A DNA stretch of 64,000 bases, taken from NCBI GenBank assembly GCA_002269645.1, contig NIVC01001838.1, positions 1 through 64,000 of the forward strand, given 5' to 3'. This stretch comes from Macrostomum lignano (taxonomy: Eukaryota). Below, in pieces: positions 61,445 to 64,000 of this stretch (its first letter is position 1; each line of letters begins with the position of its first letter). The position numbers were made by a program, and so were the translations under genes. A model generated the notes under the pieces. That model was given only the letters and a program-made list of their open reading frames with translations, made no database searches and was not told the origin of the DNA.

Positions 61445-61914
61445 TAATTTGGCCTTGCACGGAATCGAACCATGGGCACAGACACAGGAATAACTAGATG
61501 GGCCACTCAGGCACATATACTCAGGCTTTCCACTTTCAGTTCAGTAGCAAAGAAGAATACATAAGCTATTTTATAAAAAAGCCAGCTGAAATGACTGATA
61601 AGTTTAGAAGCCCAAGCTTGCAGGCGTAAACAGCTTGCTAATTGGTTCAGCAATAATGTACATTGGCCAGTCCACTGAAATGTACATGGCAGCTTTAGGC
61701 TGGAATTCAGAGAAAGGCAATAAAAATTGGGGCGGGCAGGGGTAGGGTTCCATGTGGAGTTTGAGGGTTTAAGCTTAGGGGGGGGGTAAGAGCCAAACAA
61801 GCCTGTCGTTAAATAAAATGATTCTGTTTAACTTACTACTGAACTGAAAGTAGCTTGCACGCAAATGTGCTGAGTGGCCCATCTAGTTATTTACCGCTGA
61901 GCCGCTCTGCCACC
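61445..61914 (-). mobile_element. tRNA-derived SINE split by an inverted-repeat element (61489-61891)
   Basis: A-box half GCGGCTCAGCGGTAA and B-box half GGTTCGATTCCgtgc are separated by a 403-bp insert bounded by about 27-bp TIRs (aataactagatgggccactcag(g)cacat). Confidence 0.65.
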
Positions 61915-62124
61915 GGTCTTAAATATTAGCATGAAACACAACACTGAGTTGCTGGTTGCTGAGTTGCTCCGCTTGTAATACGGAAGCATCCCAAATTTTG
62001 TTAATTTTTAGTTGAAAAGTTACTGTAGTATTAAGCAAGTAGTTAAACAAATGCAGTCAGCGCGCCCTATACTCTGCAGTATGTACAGTATGGTACAGAC
62101 AGCCATCTAGTTGCCGGGCAGCTG

Positions 62125-63921
62125 TCACACGAGTGTCTGGTAAACGCAATCGATTTCCGCTGCCTCTGCCGCGGACTTCGCGTCGCCTTGTCGGTGGCCA
62201 AAATAGCTGTGCCGCTTCTCCGCCGCGTTGCGACCGCTTTGGAATTCGTTTGGAGCCGGCTGGAACTGCTGGTACACCGGCTGTCTGTCGATGTTGTCCG
62301 CCGTGCCGATGATCTCCGCGTCAGTCCGGAAGGTCACCCGGCGCTTGGCGGCGGCGGCGGCGGCGGCGGTGGCTGGCGGAGCGACGCAGCTCACTGCGCT
62401 GTCGAATGAAGATCGGCGAGGCCGGTCGAGAGCAACCGATTGAAGCTGCGGTGCCCGGCTGCCCCGCGCCTGCTGGAGGGCGAGATCGTCCGTTGTGGGC
62501 TGATGACACCCCTTCCTCTCCCAACCTCCCTCTCCCAACCTCCCTCTCCCAATCTCCCTCTCCCAACCTCCCTCTTCCAACCTCCCTCTCCCAACCTCCC
62601 TCTCCCAACCTCCCTCTCCCAACCTCCCTCTCCCAACATCCCTCTCCCAACCTCCCTCTCCCAATCTCCCTCTCCCAATCTCCCTCTCCCAACCTCCCTC
62701 TTCCAACCTCCCTCTCCCAACCTCCCTCTCCCAACCTCCCTCTCCCAACCTCCCTCTCCCAACCTCCCTCTCCCAACCTCCCTCTCCCAACCTCCCTCTC
62801 CCAACCTCCCTCTCCCAATCTCCCTCTCCTAATCTCCCTCTCCCAATCTCCCTCCCCCAATCTCCCTCTCCCAATCTCCCTCTCCCAATCTCCCTCTCCC
62901 AATCTCCCTCTCCCTATCTCCCTCTCCCAACCTCCCTCTCCTAATTCCCCAATCCCAACTCCCACTCCCAACCTCCATCTCCCAATCTCCCTCTCCCTAT
63001 CTCCCTCTCCCAATCTCCCTCTCCCTATCTCCCTCTCCCAACCTCCCTCTCCTAATTCCCCAATCCCAACTCCCACTCCCAACCTCCATCTCCCAATCTC
63101 CCTCTCCCTATCTCCCTCTCCCTATATCCCTCTCCCAACCTCCCTCTCCCAATCTCCCTCTCCCAATCTCCCTCTCCCTATCTCCCTCTCCCAATCTCCC
63201 TCTCCCAACCTCCCACTCCCAACCTCCCTCTCCCAACCTCCCTCTCCCAACCTCCCTCTCCTAATTCCCCAATCCCAACTCCCACTCCCAATCTCCCTCT
63301 CCAAATATCGCTACCTCAAAACCCGGCAGCGAAGCCCCAGACGGCTCCAGTCGCAGGCTGCTCGGTCTCGTCCACCCCGGCGACTATCGGAAGACTCCTC
63401 GGAGGCTGGCAGCCTCTCCTCCGGCGCCATCGCGGGCGGCTTGCTCAAATCGGCAGGCAGACAGAGCCGCTGCTCACCAGGACAGGCTGCCGCGGCCGGT
63501 TGCTGCGCCGGCTGCGGTGAGAATTCGCGGCAGTAGCGGCGCATGCTGGGCACCGGCCGGCACGGCGCCCAGGCCTCCTTGGCGGCGTACAGGAAGGGGA
63601 TGTAGCCCACCTGGCCTGCGCCCGTCAGCACGAACAGCCAGCGCTTCCCGACGTGGTAGAGAGCTCGGACCAGCTGCCCGGCTGTCACGCTGAGCTCCCC
63701 GGGGCCGCTGGCCTCGAAGCTGAACAGGACTCGAGCTCGGACTCCTACCGGACGTTCTCGACGAGTGCGGTTGACTGTCTTTGTCTTCTTGACGGCGGCA
63801 TCGCCGCTGTCGGTGTCCGAGCTGCTGCTGCTGCTGCTAACACTGATATTGCTGCCGACTGGCTTCGAGATGGCGCCATCACTGGTGCCATTGCTGACGC
63901 TGCCGTGGTCGCCTGATGCAC
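62125..63921 (-). CDS. 3' part of an SH3-domain scaffold-like protein. Exons 63921-63315 (apparent frameshift near 63377) and 62499-62125; upstream exons outside the window
   Basis: ARVLFSFEASGPGELSVTAGQLVRALYHVGKRWLFVLTGAGQVGYIPFLY is SH3-like. The last exon has KRRVTF and ends YQTLV*. Acceptor tttatcacag at 63922. Confidence 0.7.
62510..63300. repeat. 15-bp C-rich minisatellite (ccctctcccaacctc) filling the SH3-gene intron
   Basis: Directly visible. Confidence 0.96.
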
Positions 63922-64000
63922 CTGTGATAAAGTGATGATGGAGCAGGTTGCTCTTGTTTCCTGGAATGCATGTTTAAATGTCCATCTGCTGAAGAAGCTC

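Overview
Eukaryotic (animal) genomic DNA: GC-rich exons, AT-rich transposon-littered spacers, and a private tandem array inside most long introns. This architecture resembles the flatworm Macrostomum lignano (inference, not verified). Genes: ANAPC4 (+, 5' part outside the window, first visible exon frameshifted), SARNP (-), EIF3F (-, lacking its own start codon), histones H3 and H2A (+), a low-complexity gene of unknown function (-), a CENP-E-like kinesin-7 (+), a Shaw/Kv3-type potassium channel (+) and the 3' part of an SH3-domain gene (-). The 9-23 kb island holds hAT-type MITEs, two orphan histone stem-loops, a heat-shock promoter with no gene, an orphan triple-CCAAT promoter and a Helitron-like 3' end. 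The best leads are five. (1) Intronic minisatellites whose units copy or mimic adjacent splice junctions. (2) EIF3F may take its AUG from a trans-spliced leader, possibly in an EIF3F-SARNP operon. (3) The H3 has M90Q and L65M substitutions and sits in a decayed histone/promoter mosaic. (4) The kinesin tail carries seven KEN motifs and a CaaX box. (5) The Kv3 S6 gate reads TVP instead of PVP. Several frameshifts at G/C homopolymers look like long-read consensus errors. Protein family calls come from remembered motif similarity, not database searches. Array limits are approximate.
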